64,000 bases of DNA from an uncultured Anaerolineales bacterium (GTDB lineage Bacteria; Planctomycetota; Phycisphaerae; FEN-1346): assembly GCA_964461715.1 (NCBI GenBank), contig CAYWVR010000011.1, positions 11,289-75,288 of the forward strand, written 5' to 3'. The translations under genes were made by a program, and so were the position numbers. This document shows, one piece after another, positions 8,699-18,104 of the stretch. How positions within the stretch are numbered: the first letter of the stretch is position 1; every line of letters starts with the position of its first letter. The notes beneath the pieces were generated by a model that had not been told where the DNA came from, ran no database searches, and was given only the letters and a program-made list of their open reading frames with translations.

Positions 8699-9715
8699 AT
8701 GCCGCTTACGCCCATGCGACAGATCCTCGACGAGGCCCGCGCCGGCGGGTACGGCGTCGGGGCGTACAACGTCAATAACATGGAGCAGATCCAGGCCATC
8801 CTCCAGGCCGCCGCCGAGACCCGCTCGCCCCTGATTATCCAGGCCAGCCGCGGGGCCCTCCAGTACACCAACCTCGTCTACCTCAAGAAGCTCATGGAGG
8901 CCGCCGTCGAGGACAACCCGGACCTGCCCGTCGCTCTCCACCTCGACCATGGGCCGAACCTCGACCTCTGCAAGGAGGCCATCGCCCTCGGCTTCACGAG
9001 CGTCATGATCGACGGCTCCATCGACTACGACACGAAGACCGAGTCCGGCAAGCACCCGGCCCGCAGCCTCGAGGACAACATCCGCGTCACCAAGGAGGTC
9101 GTCGATTACGCCCACGCCCACGGCGTCAGCGTCGAGGGCGAGCTGGGGACCCTGGGCGGCATCGAGGAGGACACCCAGACCGACAAGGTCCTCCTGACCG
9201 AGCCCGACGAGGTCGAGCAGTTCTGCACCGAGACGGGCGTCGACGCCCTGGCCCTGGCCATCGGCACCAGCCACGGGGCCTACAAGTTCAAGCACGAGCC
9301 CGTCCTCGCCCTCGACCTCATCTCCGAGTGCCGCACGCGCATCTCGGACGTCGCCTTCGTCATGCACGGCTCCAGCAGCGTTCCGAAGGAGCTCGTCGAC
9401 GAGGTCAACAACTACGGCGGCGAGTTGCCGGGCGCAATGGGCGTGCCCATCCCGTCGATCCAGGAGGCGATCAAGCGCGGCATCCAGAAGATCAACGTGG
9501 ACACCGACGGCCGCCTCGTCGTCACGGCGGCCATCCGCAAGGTCTTCGTCGAGAAGCCCGGCGAGTTCGACCCGCGCAAGTACCTCGGGCCTGCCCGCGA
9601 GGCCCTCGCCGAGCTCATCGCCTCGAAGATGCGCGACTTCGGCACCGCCGGCCACGCCGGCGACTACACGCCCAAGTCCCTCGAGGACATGAAGAAGGCC
9701 TACGGTACGGCGTGA
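8699..9715 (+). CDS. fba: fructose-bisphosphate aldolase, class II
   Basis: MPLTPMRQILDEARAGGYGVGAYNVNNMEQ...HLDHG...GTSHGAYKF is the class II FBA (FbaA) signature. ATG 8699 follows GAAAGGAG. The ORF-track 5' extension to 8321 is rejected. Confidence 0.9.
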   Translation: MPLTPMRQILDEARAGGYGVGAYNVNNMEQIQAILQAAAETRSPLIIQASRGALQYTNLVYLKKLMEAAVEDNPDLPVALHLDHGPNLDLCKEAIALGFTSVMIDGSIDYDTKTESGKHPARSLEDNIRVTKEVVDYAHAHGVSVEGELGTLGGIEEDTQTDKVLLTEPDEVEQFCTETGVDALALAIGTSHGAYKFKHEPVLALDLISECRTRISDVAFVMHGSSSVPKELVDEVNNYGGELPGAMGVPIPSIQEAIKRGIQKINVDTDGRLVVTAAIRKVFVEKPGEFDPRKYLGPAREALAELIASKMRDFGTAGHAGDYTPKSLEDMKKAYGTA

Positions 9716-9767
9716 GAGGCGTCCTCGGGCCGACGACAAGGCGCGCACGGGCAAGCGAGAGGCGCCC

Positions 9768-11378
9768 ATGACCCCGCGCAAACTCCTCGTCGTCGGCCTC
9801 GCTCTCTTCGCCGCCGGGAGCGTCGTGGGCGCGCTGGCGGCCCGAAGCGGGCGGCAGATCAAGCCGTCGCCCTTCGCCTATGCCGTCACTTTCTTCGCCC
9901 CGCCCGCGGGCTGGGGCCAGGAGCCCGAGGCGCCGGAAGAACCGGCCGAAGAGGCGCCCCCCGAGCCCGAGACGCCCCCCGAGGCCGCGCCGGACGTGAC
10001 TCCCGAGCCCGAGGAAGGGGCCGAGACCGACGCCACCGGCGATGCCGAGGCGGAGCTTCCCCTCGAGCCGCTCGATCTCAAGGAACTCTACGGCATCCTT
10101 ACCCCTGACGACGTCGAGGCCATCGCCCGGGTCGCGGCCCCGGCCGGGCTGCCGCTTGGGCTGATGCAGGTGGTGACCCACGTGCCCGCGTCCTCCTGGG
10201 CCGTGCCCGAGCGGATCGCCGTCGCCCTCGTCGGCGACGGCCAGGCGGACGCGTTCCTCGACCCGCTTGTGGCGCCCGAGGCGCGCGGGGTCGACGTCTA
10301 CCTCGGTTCCCCGGGGTCCCTCGAGGCGATTCTCGCCCCCTATGAGACGTTCCCGCCGGACGCCGCCGCCTCGACGGCAGCCCATCTTCCGCCCTCGGCC
10401 CGGAGCCTGCGGGGGCTGATGCTCGTCCGGGCCTCGGCCGCCGAAGCCTTCGGCCTCGACCCCGGGGGCCCGCGGCCCAACGCCCTCGTCGTGCCGCTCG
10501 ACCCGCAGGGAAGGACTCGCCCGGGAGATGAGTCCCGCTTCCGCCGGCCCAACCTCGAGGAGGTTGTCGCGGCGGCCCTGCCGCTCTACGCCGAGCGCGG
10601 CATCTCGTTTCGGGCCCAGGATCTGCGGCTTACGGCGGCGCGGCCGGAGCGATGGGCAGGAACGGCGGCCCTGGCCCTGATGCTGGCGGGCGGGGCGGCG
10701 ATCGTGGCGGCGGGTCTGGCGCACTTGGCCGCCATGGAGGAGGCCCGGGGACTTATCCTCGAGAGCCTCGTCCGCGGAGCCCGCGTCACCCGCGAGGCAG
10801 GCGCGACGACCCTTGGCGTCCTCGCGGTCCTCTGGGCCGTCACCGTGGCGGGGGCGGCATGGGGCGGGCCGGTCATGCTCGACCTGCTGGTCCGCGCCTC
10901 GCCCAACACCGTCTATCCGACGCTCGATCAGATCGGCCTGCCCGGCAGCGAGCCGACCCTCAGCCCCCTCGTCTCGGCCTTCGTCGCCTCGCTGATGGGA
11001 GTCCTGGTGCTCCGGGCCATCGTGGCGGTGGGCATCCCGAGCCTCGTGCCGGGCCTCGGCCTGGTGACGGCGGCGGCCGTGGCCCTCCTCTGGGGAGCGA
11101 TGCTCGCGCCGGTGGCCCTGACGTCCCTCGACCGGCTGCCCTGGACCGGGGCGGTGGCGGCAATCGAGCTGGCGGTCGTCGCGACCGTGGCGCTCGGGGC
11201 GTGGCACGTGCTGGAAGGGGTCCTTCGACCCGCCGCCTTCGGCCAGGAGACCCGCCGCCAGGGCTACGCCGCCGCCGTCGAGCGTCTCTATATGCTGCTG
11301 CCCCTGGTCGCCGCCCTCGCCCTCGCCGCCGCCCTCCTCAGGACGCTGTTGCTGGCGGGGCTGGGGTGGTTGGGGTAG
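9768..11378 (+). CDS. hypothetical membrane protein with acidic Pro/Glu-rich N-terminal region
   Basis: N-terminal TM/signal segment (LLVVGLALFAAGSVVGALAA), a PE-rich linker, then several hydrophobic helices in the C-terminal half. GC3-biased codon usage. No recognised family. Confidence 0.5.
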   Translation: MTPRKLLVVGLALFAAGSVVGALAARSGRQIKPSPFAYAVTFFAPPAGWGQEPEAPEEPAEEAPPEPETPPEAAPDVTPEPEEGAETDATGDAEAELPLEPLDLKELYGILTPDDVEAIARVAAPAGLPLGLMQVVTHVPASSWAVPERIAVALVGDGQADAFLDPLVAPEARGVDVYLGSPGSLEAILAPYETFPPDAAASTAAHLPPSARSLRGLMLVRASAAEAFGLDPGGPRPNALVVPLDPQGRTRPGDESRFRRPNLEEVVAAALPLYAERGISFRAQDLRLTAARPERWAGTAALALMLAGGAAIVAAGLAHLAAMEEARGLILESLVRGARVTREAGATTLGVLAVLWAVTVAGAAWGGPVMLDLLVRASPNTVYPTLDQIGLPGSEPTLSPLVSAFVASLMGVLVLRAIVAVGIPSLVPGLGLVTAAAVALLWGAMLAPVALTSLDRLPWTGAVAAIELAVVATVALGAWHVLEGVLRPAAFGQETRRQGYAAAVERLYMLLPLVAALALAAALLRTLLLAGLGWLG

Positions 11379-11791
11379 GATAGTGGTCCTGGTCCCCCCC
11401 TTGCCTCCATGTCCGATTTGGCGCGGGTCGAGTCCTTCTCGTTGGAGGGTCTCCGATGCTGGTTCTATTCTTTGGACCCTCCGCCGCCGCATTTCCATGC
11501 GAAGAAGCGGCTGGAATGGCACGCTCTGCGACTTGGCGGCGTTGTATCGCGAGGCGTGGCTCAAGGAACGGGAGACGATGGTGAGATTGACGCCGCCACA
11601 GGTCGGGCGCATCGAACGCGGCGAGTGCCGCGCCACGCATGCGGCCCTTTCGAAGCCGGCGAAGGCTCACGAGACAAGCACGTCCGACTTCATGGCTCGG
11701 CTTGCCGCCTGACTCTCATGCCCCCCCAGCATGAACTCCCGGCGCAGGGTGGCCTGATTCATCATCCGGTTCTACCATAGCCCGCCGCCCC

Positions 11792-12526
11792 TCACTCCAC
11801 GTGATTCGCCCCGCAGCGGGCCACGAGCTGGTTCGCCTCGATCCAGGCATCAATCGATTCGCCCGCGTCGGCCCACCAGCCCTCGATCGTCTCGGCGGTC
11901 ATGGTGCCGGCGTCGACGTAATGGTTGTTGACGTCCGTGATCTCCAGTTCGCCGCGGGCCGAGGGCTCGAGCGTGGGGATGACGTCAAAGACGTCCGGGC
12001 CATACATGTAGACGCCGATGACGGCCAGGTCGGAGGCGGGCTCCCTGGGCTTCTCGATGATGCGAGAGATTCGGTCGTCCTCCATCTCGGCGATGCCGTA
12101 CGCCTCCGGGTTCTCGACGGCCTTGAGGAGGACCTTGGCCCCCTCGCTCTGGCTCTCGAAGGCCTCGGCGGCGCTGCGGATGCACTTTTCGAGGATGTTG
12201 TCGCCGAGGATGACGCAGACCTTCTCGCCCTCGGTGAACTCCTCCGCCAGACCCAGGGCCTCGGCGATGCCACCCTCGCCCTTCTGGTAGGCGTAGTGGA
12301 GCCGCCGCAGGCCGAACTCCTCGCCGTTCTCGAGGAGGCGAATGAAGTCGCCGGCCGAGCTGCCGCCCGTCACGATCATGATGTCCGTGATCCCCGCCTT
12401 CACGAGGCACTCGATGGGGTAGTAGATCATCGGCTTGGAGTACACGGGCAGCAGGTGCTTGTTCGTGATCTTCGTCAGCGGATACAGCCGCGTGCCCAGG
12501 CCGCCTGCCAGCACGACGCCTTTCAT
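11792..12526 (-). CDS. sugar-phosphate nucleotidyltransferase (short RfbA/glucose-1-phosphate thymidylyltransferase-like)
   Basis: MKGVVLAGGLGTRLYPLT...HLLPV is the nucleotidyltransferase G-loop. CAT 12524-12526 is preceded on the minus strand by AGGAGGG. The ORF-track extension to 13084 is rejected. Confidence 0.8.
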   Translation of the reverse strand: MKGVVLAGGLGTRLYPLTKITNKHLLPVYSKPMIYYPIECLVKAGITDIMIVTGGSSAGDFIRLLENGEEFGLRRLHYAYQKGEGGIAEALGLAEEFTEGEKVCVILGDNILEKCIRSAAEAFESQSEGAKVLLKAVENPEAYGIAEMEDDRISRIIEKPREPASDLAVIGVYMYGPDVFDVIPTLEPSARGELEITDVNNHYVDAGTMTAETIEGWWADAGESIDAWIEANQLVARCGANHVE

Positions 12527-12683
12527 GGACGCACCCTCCTTCGACTGCGGGGACGGGAATGGGGCCAATGTAGCGGCTGGACCTCGTCGGGTCAATCGCC
12601 GGATGATAGAATGAGATGAACAGGAGGCCCGGTCGCCCGCCCAAGAGACGGGTCTGCGGCCCGGACCCGAAGGGAGGCCGCCC

Positions 12684-14399
12684 ATGCTCCGTCGCACGTC
12701 TTGCCTCGTCGCCTGCGTCGTTCTCGCCGGAACCCTCGCCGCCTCAACCGCCTCGCCCGAGATCGAGGAGAAGGCCCGGCGCCTGGCCGTCGAGGCCAAG
12801 TTTCTCCTGCGCGAGGATCGTCTCTCGGAAGCCGTCCAGAAGCTGGAGCTGGCCCTGGAGCTGGTCCCCGACCACGCAGCCGCGAAGGCGCTCCTGTCCG
12901 ACGCCCGGTCGCGCCTCGTCCGCGTCGACGATCTCCTGGCCGAGGCCGAGGAACATCGTGCCGCCGCCGCCTGGGACGAGGCCCTCGCCCCCGTCACGGC
13001 CGCCCGCGAGATCTTCCCGAAGCATCCCTCCGCCGCCGCCCTCGAGACCCGTATTCGCCGCGAGGCCGCCGAGGCCGTCGTCAAGGACGCGGCCCTGGCG
13101 GGGGACTGGGACGATCCGGGCCGGGCCGAGGCCCTCTACCGGCGGGCCCTGGAGTTCGACCATGAGTCTGCGCCCGCGCGCGAGGGGCTCTGTGAGGTGT
13201 ACGTGGCACGGGGCGAGGCGGCCCTTGCCGACGGGCGTCCGGGGGCGGCCTTGGCGTGGTTCGAGGCGGCCGCGGACGTTTGGTCCGATGGTCCCGGCCC
13301 CGCGCGGGCTTCGGCCGCCCGCGCGACCGTCGAGGGACGAATCCGATTTAAGCTGGCCCACGACGACTCCGTCGCCCCGGCGACGCGGCCCCTGGTGCTT
13401 GCGGTGCGGGATCGGCTGGTCGCTGCCGCGCCGCGCTTCGTCGACCTCTCGCCGCCCCTGCCGCGCGTCGCCGCCCGCGGGTACGCCTGGCGCGTCGAGA
13501 CCGACGGGGTCCGCCTCGACGACGCCGTCCGCCGCGAGGAGCGCGTCCATACCTATACCGTCGGTCGCGAGGCGCCCAACCCCGAGGTCGACCGCGTCCG
13601 GGCCCTCCTCGACACGGCCCTCGAGCGGCTCCGCATCATGCAGCAGGACTACGACCGGGATTGCCCCTTCTGCCACGGCGACGGGTGGGTCCTGTGTCGC
13701 GTCTGTCGTGGCACGGGCCGCGACCCGGCCCATCCGGCGGACCCGTGTCCGGCGTGCACAGGCGGCCGGCATCTGCGGCCGGGCTTCCGCCGGTGCGGAC
13801 GGTGCCGCGGGACGGGGCGGTACGGCAGCACGTCGCTCCGCGATCTTCGGACCCAGGAGGCCCTCGTCGACCGTCTCCAGGCCCGGCTGGCGGCGACGCC
13901 GCTGACGGTCATCCGCGAGGAGCCCGCCACGTGGCCCTACACGATCGAGCACCACGAGCGGACCGGCCGCCTCCAGGCCTCCGCCGAGGTCCTCGACCTG
14001 GAGACGGGCCGGCGCCGCCCGGCGGGGAGCGCCTCGCCCCGCCTCCGCGAGGCCGACACGGCGGTCCAGCGGTCGAATCCCGGCATCGGCATCCCACCCG
14101 ACTCGCTGGACCTGCCGGCCGCCGAGGAGATGGAGCGAGTTCTCCTGGACCGGGCCGCCGAGACCCTGGCCGAGGCGATCCTGGGCGCGGCCCTCGCCGA
14201 CCGCAAGGCCGCCCTCGACGCCGAGGCCGAGGCGCTGCGGGCCCGGGGCGAGGTGTTCGAAGCCCTCGAGCGTCGGGCCGACGCGGCCCTGCCGGCCCGG
14301 GCCCTCGACCCGCAGGCCGACCCGTTCGAGGCGATCCGGGAGGCGCTCAGGACGGTGGAGGCGTCGGGTCCGGCGCGGGGAGCGTCTCGTCGAAGGTGA
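12684..14399 (+). CDS. secreted TPR-like protein with a DnaJ-type zinc finger (4 x CxxCxGxG)
   Basis: ATG 12684 follows GAAGGGAGG. Signal peptide MLRRTSCLVACVVLAGTLAAS. The central segment CPFCHGDG...CRVCRGTG...CPACTGGR...CGRCRGTG matches the DnaJ cysteine-rich domain pattern. The rest is Ala/Arg/Glu-rich and helical. Confidence 0.55.
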   Translation: MLRRTSCLVACVVLAGTLAASTASPEIEEKARRLAVEAKFLLREDRLSEAVQKLELALELVPDHAAAKALLSDARSRLVRVDDLLAEAEEHRAAAAWDEALAPVTAAREIFPKHPSAAALETRIRREAAEAVVKDAALAGDWDDPGRAEALYRRALEFDHESAPAREGLCEVYVARGEAALADGRPGAALAWFEAAADVWSDGPGPARASAARATVEGRIRFKLAHDDSVAPATRPLVLAVRDRLVAAAPRFVDLSPPLPRVAARGYAWRVETDGVRLDDAVRREERVHTYTVGREAPNPEVDRVRALLDTALERLRIMQQDYDRDCPFCHGDGWVLCRVCRGTGRDPAHPADPCPACTGGRHLRPGFRRCGRCRGTGRYGSTSLRDLRTQEALVDRLQARLAATPLTVIREEPATWPYTIEHHERTGRLQASAEVLDLETGRRRPAGSASPRLREADTAVQRSNPGIGIPPDSLDLPAAEEMERVLLDRAAETLAEAILGAALADRKAALDAEAEALRARGEVFEALERRADAALPARALDPQADPFEAIREALRTVEASGPARGASRRR

Positions 14400-15420
14400 T
14401 GACGACCTTGCCGGTTCGTCCCGCGTCGAAGGTCTCGAAGGCCTCGCGGGCGTCGTCGAGAGTGAACCGGTGCGTGGCGATTGCCTCGGGGTGCAGGTCC
14501 CACCGGACGAGCCGCTCGGCGAGGTCCTCCATCTGCGGGAGGCTCGAGACCCACGAGCCGTAGAGGGCGAGCTGCTTGTGGATGAGCAGGGGGCTCGGCT
14601 CGAACGCCACCGTCCCGCCCTCACCGACGTAGACGACGCGGCCCCACTCCCGCGCTGCTTCCAGGCAAAGGTGCCGCGCGCCGGCGTTGCCGGAGCAGTC
14701 AATCGCCACCTCCACGCCGCGCCCGCCGGTCGCCTCGCGGATCTTCGCCTCCACGTCGCCGGCGGCATCGAGGACGAGGTCGGGGCCGAGCGTCTCGGCG
14801 GCATCGCGGCGCTGCTCGACCGGCTCGACGCCGAGGACGCGGGCCCCGAGGGCCTTCGCGAGCATTACCTGCCCCAGGCCCACCGGCCCGAGCCCCGTCA
14901 CGAGGACCGTGTCCTCGCCCGAGATGCGCGCCCGCCGCGACGCCGCGTAGTTCGTCCCGAAACCGCACGCGATGAGGGCCCCGTCGACGTACGTGAGGTG
15001 GTCGGGCAGGGCCACAAGCGTCCGTTCCTCGACGAGGATGAACTCCGCCAGCCCCCCGTCCCGCTGCCATCCGTACGCCCCGCGCTCGGGCGAGGTGCAC
15101 GAGATCATCCAGCCGCCGCGGCAATCCCGGCATCGGCCGCACCCCGCGATGTGGTAGATGATGACGCGGTCGCCCTCGGCGAAGCGGCGGCACGCCGGGC
15201 CGACCTTCTCGACTTGGCCGCACGGCTCATGCCCGGCGATGACGCCGCGGTAGGCCTCGGGCCCGTGGCCCTGGTCGGTCGGGCGGTAGATGGCCCGCAG
15301 GTCGCTCCCGCACAGGCCGCACGCCTTCATTCGCACGAGCGCCTGTCCCGGTCCCGGCTCCGGGACGGGGAACTCTCGCATCTCGAACTGCCGATTGCCG
15401 GGCAACACCACGCCGCGCAT
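14347..15420 (-). CDS. zinc-binding alcohol dehydrogenase (MDR superfamily)
   Basis: GHEPCGQVEKVG is the catalytic Zn site; CGRCRDCRGG is the structural Zn site; GLGPVGLG is the Rossmann motif. Its 3' end overlaps the convergent upstream gene by ~50 nt. Confidence 0.8.
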   Translation of the reverse strand: MRGVVLPGNRQFEMREFPVPEPGPGQALVRMKACGLCGSDLRAIYRPTDQGHGPEAYRGVIAGHEPCGQVEKVGPACRRFAEGDRVIIYHIAGCGRCRDCRGGWMISCTSPERGAYGWQRDGGLAEFILVEERTLVALPDHLTYVDGALIACGFGTNYAASRRARISGEDTVLVTGLGPVGLGQVMLAKALGARVLGVEPVEQRRDAAETLGPDLVLDAAGDVEAKIREATGGRGVEVAIDCSGNAGARHLCLEAAREWGRVVYVGEGGTVAFEPSPLLIHKQLALYGSWVSSLPQMEDLAERLVRWDLHPEAIATHRFTLDDAREAFETFDAGRTGKVVITFDETLPAPDPTPPPS

Positions 15421-15437
15421 AGCCGACCTCCAGGGAC

Positions 15438-17177
15438 CTACTCGTCCTCGCCGTCCACGAGATGCACCTCATGCTCCTCCGGCGGCCCATGGGTGGCGTG
15501 ATGGTGCTCGACGTCCTTGCCGCGGATGGCGATGGCGATGCACAGGCCCAGCCCGCCGAAGAGGATCACCAGGGCCATCGACGCCAGGATCGCCGCCGGC
15601 AACCCCAGGCCGAACGCCTTCGTGAAAAGGACCGTCGCTATCACGCCGCCCAGCAGGATGCCCAGCAGGTGCCATCGCCGCGACAGGAGGAACGCCACCG
15701 CGAAGAAGGCGATGAAAATGCCCGGCCCGGCCCGCAGCATCCACGGCGGCCAGCCGTCAGCCGTCCCGTAGAGCGGCTCGGCGATCTCCGAGACCAAGGT
15801 CGCCCCGAGGAAGACCGTCAGCGAGAGCGGCGTGATGAGCCGCACGCACAACTCCCACCATCCGCCCAGGTGAATCTCGGAGACGGCGTTGACGTAGTCG
15901 GTCAGCCGACGCGTCCGGTAAAAGTGGCCGACGACGAGGCACTGAATGAGCCCGACGAAGACGAACCCGTAGTTGGCCCAGTGGTCGGCGATGTCGAGCC
16001 ATCCCAGGCCGCCCTTCGTCGCGAAGAAGAAGATGCCCACCCCGAACCCCGTCGTGCACACGAGGGCCGAAGCCAGGGTGTGGCTCATCCACGCGAACCG
16101 GTCCTCCAGGCCCGAGCACACCGCCTCGACGATCGAGAACTCCGAGTCGATGCCCAGCGACAGGAGCGTCAGGAAGAACAGCACCGCCACGATCGGCGGC
16201 CAGTACGTCCCGAGGTCCGCCAGCTTCGAGATGGCCGTCGGATACGTGATGAACGCCAGTCCCAACCCGCCCCGCACCACCTTGTCCACCGGCTGACCCG
16301 TCTTGAAGGCCAGGAACCCGAGGACCGAAAAGACGACAAACCCGGCGAGGAAGCTGGTCGCGCAGTTCGCGAAGCTCGTGATGAAGGCGTTGTTCGTGAT
16401 ATCGCCGCGCCGGCGGTTGTAGCTCGCGTAGGCGATCATGACTCCGAAGCCGACCGAGAGGCTGAAGAAGATCTGACCGTATGCCTCGACCCAGACGCGC
16501 ATGTCCTTAAGCTTCGCAAAATCCGGCGTCAGGTAGTACTTGATGCCCTCGAGGGCCCCGTCGAGCGTCACCCCCCGGATTCCCAGGATCAGCAGGAGCA
16601 GGATGGGCAGGGGCACCGTGATCAGCACGACGCGGCCGACGCGGTGGACGCCCTTGTAGATGATGAGGAACACCAGGGCCCACGTCAGCGCCAAGCCCGC
16701 CACCAGGTGCCACTGGATCTGCCAGAGGCTGGCGTCAGGGTCGTCCTGGCCCAGGACCTGCTCGAAGTAGGCCCCGGCCCCCTCCGCCGACCAGGGGAGC
16801 ACCGTGCGAAACGAGCCGAAAAGGTAGTTCCACGCGTAACCCATGACAATCGCGTAGTAGAACGCGATGACCGCCGCCACTGCCAGGGCGAACCACCCCA
16901 CCCACTCGAAGCTCTTGTTCAGCCGCCGCAGGGCCTTCGGGGCTGAGCCCTGGAACATCTGGCCGATGCCCATCTCGAGGATCATCAACGGGATGCCCGC
17001 CGTCACCAGGGCCACAAGATACGGAATGAAGAACGCCCCGCCGCCCCCTTCGTAGACTTTGGCCGGGAACCGCCAGACGTTGCCGAGTCCGACCGCGCTG
17101 CCGACCGCCGCCATCACGAACGCGAGCCGGCTGTCCCAGCGGTCGCGCGGGCGACGGGGGCCGGGAAGGTCGCTCAT
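15438..17177 (-). CDS. sodium-dependent transporter, SNF (neurotransmitter:sodium symporter) family
   Basis: AAVGSAVGLGNVWRFP is the hallmark NSS motif, followed by ~12 predicted TM segments. CAT 17175-17177 is preceded on the minus strand by GAGGAG. Confidence 0.9.
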   Translation of the reverse strand: MSDLPGPRRPRDRWDSRLAFVMAAVGSAVGLGNVWRFPAKVYEGGGGAFFIPYLVALVTAGIPLMILEMGIGQMFQGSAPKALRRLNKSFEWVGWFALAVAAVIAFYYAIVMGYAWNYLFGSFRTVLPWSAEGAGAYFEQVLGQDDPDASLWQIQWHLVAGLALTWALVFLIIYKGVHRVGRVVLITVPLPILLLLILGIRGVTLDGALEGIKYYLTPDFAKLKDMRVWVEAYGQIFFSLSVGFGVMIAYASYNRRRGDITNNAFITSFANCATSFLAGFVVFSVLGFLAFKTGQPVDKVVRGGLGLAFITYPTAISKLADLGTYWPPIVAVLFFLTLLSLGIDSEFSIVEAVCSGLEDRFAWMSHTLASALVCTTGFGVGIFFFATKGGLGWLDIADHWANYGFVFVGLIQCLVVGHFYRTRRLTDYVNAVSEIHLGGWWELCVRLITPLSLTVFLGATLVSEIAEPLYGTADGWPPWMLRAGPGIFIAFFAVAFLLSRRWHLLGILLGGVIATVLFTKAFGLGLPAAILASMALVILFGGLGLCIAIAIRGKDVEHHHATHGPPEEHEVHLVDGEDE

Positions 17178-17335
17178 GGGCCGATCTCCTCACGGGTCCG
17201 CACGAAGGGGGCCGAAGATGAGCGCGATTCTAGCGCCCGGCCCGCGCCATCGTCAAGCAAAAGCGCGCGGCGCCTTGCCCCCGGCCCCCGGCCTTGCTAC
17301 CGTACCCGGCCCTCACGAACCGGAGACGACCGACC

Positions 17336-18007
17336 ATGCCCACCCGCGCCGTGATCTTTGACATGGACGGCGTCCTGATCGATTCCTACCGGGCCCATTT
17401 CCGGGCTTGGCAGGCCGTCGGCGAACGCCTCGGACGCACCCTCACCGAGGAGGAGTTTGCCGCCACCTTCGGCCGCCGCAACCGCGAAATCTTCCGGACC
17501 CTCTGGGGCGAGGCCATCTCCGACACCGAGGCCGAGAGGCTCGGCGAGTGGAAGGAGAACGTCTACCGCGACCTGCTGCGCGAGGACTTCCCCAAGATGG
17601 ACGGGGCCGAGGACCTCGTGGACGCCCTCGCCGCGGCGGGATTTCGCCTGGCCATCGGCTCCTCCGGGCCGCCCGGGAACATCGAGGTGGCCGTCGAGGG
17701 GCTGGGCCGCCCCGGCGCCTTCGACGCCACCGTCTCCGGGGCCGACGTGACCCACGGCAAGCCGGACCCGGAAGTGTTCCTGACGGCCGCGGAGAAACTG
17801 GGGGTCGAGCCGGCCGCCTGCGCCGTCGTCGAGGACGCCCCCGCCGGCATCGAGGCCGCCCGCCGCGCGGGGATGACGCCCGTCGCCGTCACCGGCACGG
17901 CCCCGCGCAAGGCGCTCGAGGCGGCGGGGGCGGCCCGGGTGGTCGAGTCGCTGCGGGAGCTTTCGCCGGAGGGGCTGGCGGCGCTGATCGATGCGCGGCC
18001 GGCATGA
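17336..18007 (+). CDS. HAD-superfamily hydrolase (beta-phosphoglucomutase-like subfamily IA)
   Basis: AVIFDMDGVLIDS is HAD motif I; GSSG is motif II; HGKPDPEVF is the lysine motif; VEDAPAGIEAARRAG is motif IV. ATG 17336 follows GGAG. Confidence 0.8.
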   Translation: MPTRAVIFDMDGVLIDSYRAHFRAWQAVGERLGRTLTEEEFAATFGRRNREIFRTLWGEAISDTEAERLGEWKENVYRDLLREDFPKMDGAEDLVDALAAAGFRLAIGSSGPPGNIEVAVEGLGRPGAFDATVSGADVTHGKPDPEVFLTAAEKLGVEPAACAVVEDAPAGIEAARRAGMTPVAVTGTAPRKALEAAGAARVVESLRELSPEGLAALIDARPA

Positions 18008-18104
18008 CCCCTCGCCTTGGGTGGGGTGGGTCTCTGGACCCATCGCGGCATCTCGGCAGGTCCGCCGCGCCATCGGTCGGTGTCGGGTTCGCGGCTCGGG
18101 GAAC

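Noticed and set aside
9615-11636. 673-aa minus-strand ORF antisense to the 9768..11378 membrane protein, and 10652..11383 (+) alternative frame
   Set aside because: The protein is extremely Arg/Gly/Pro-rich with no motif and no credible start. The sense ORF has a signal/TM architecture and GC3-biased codons.
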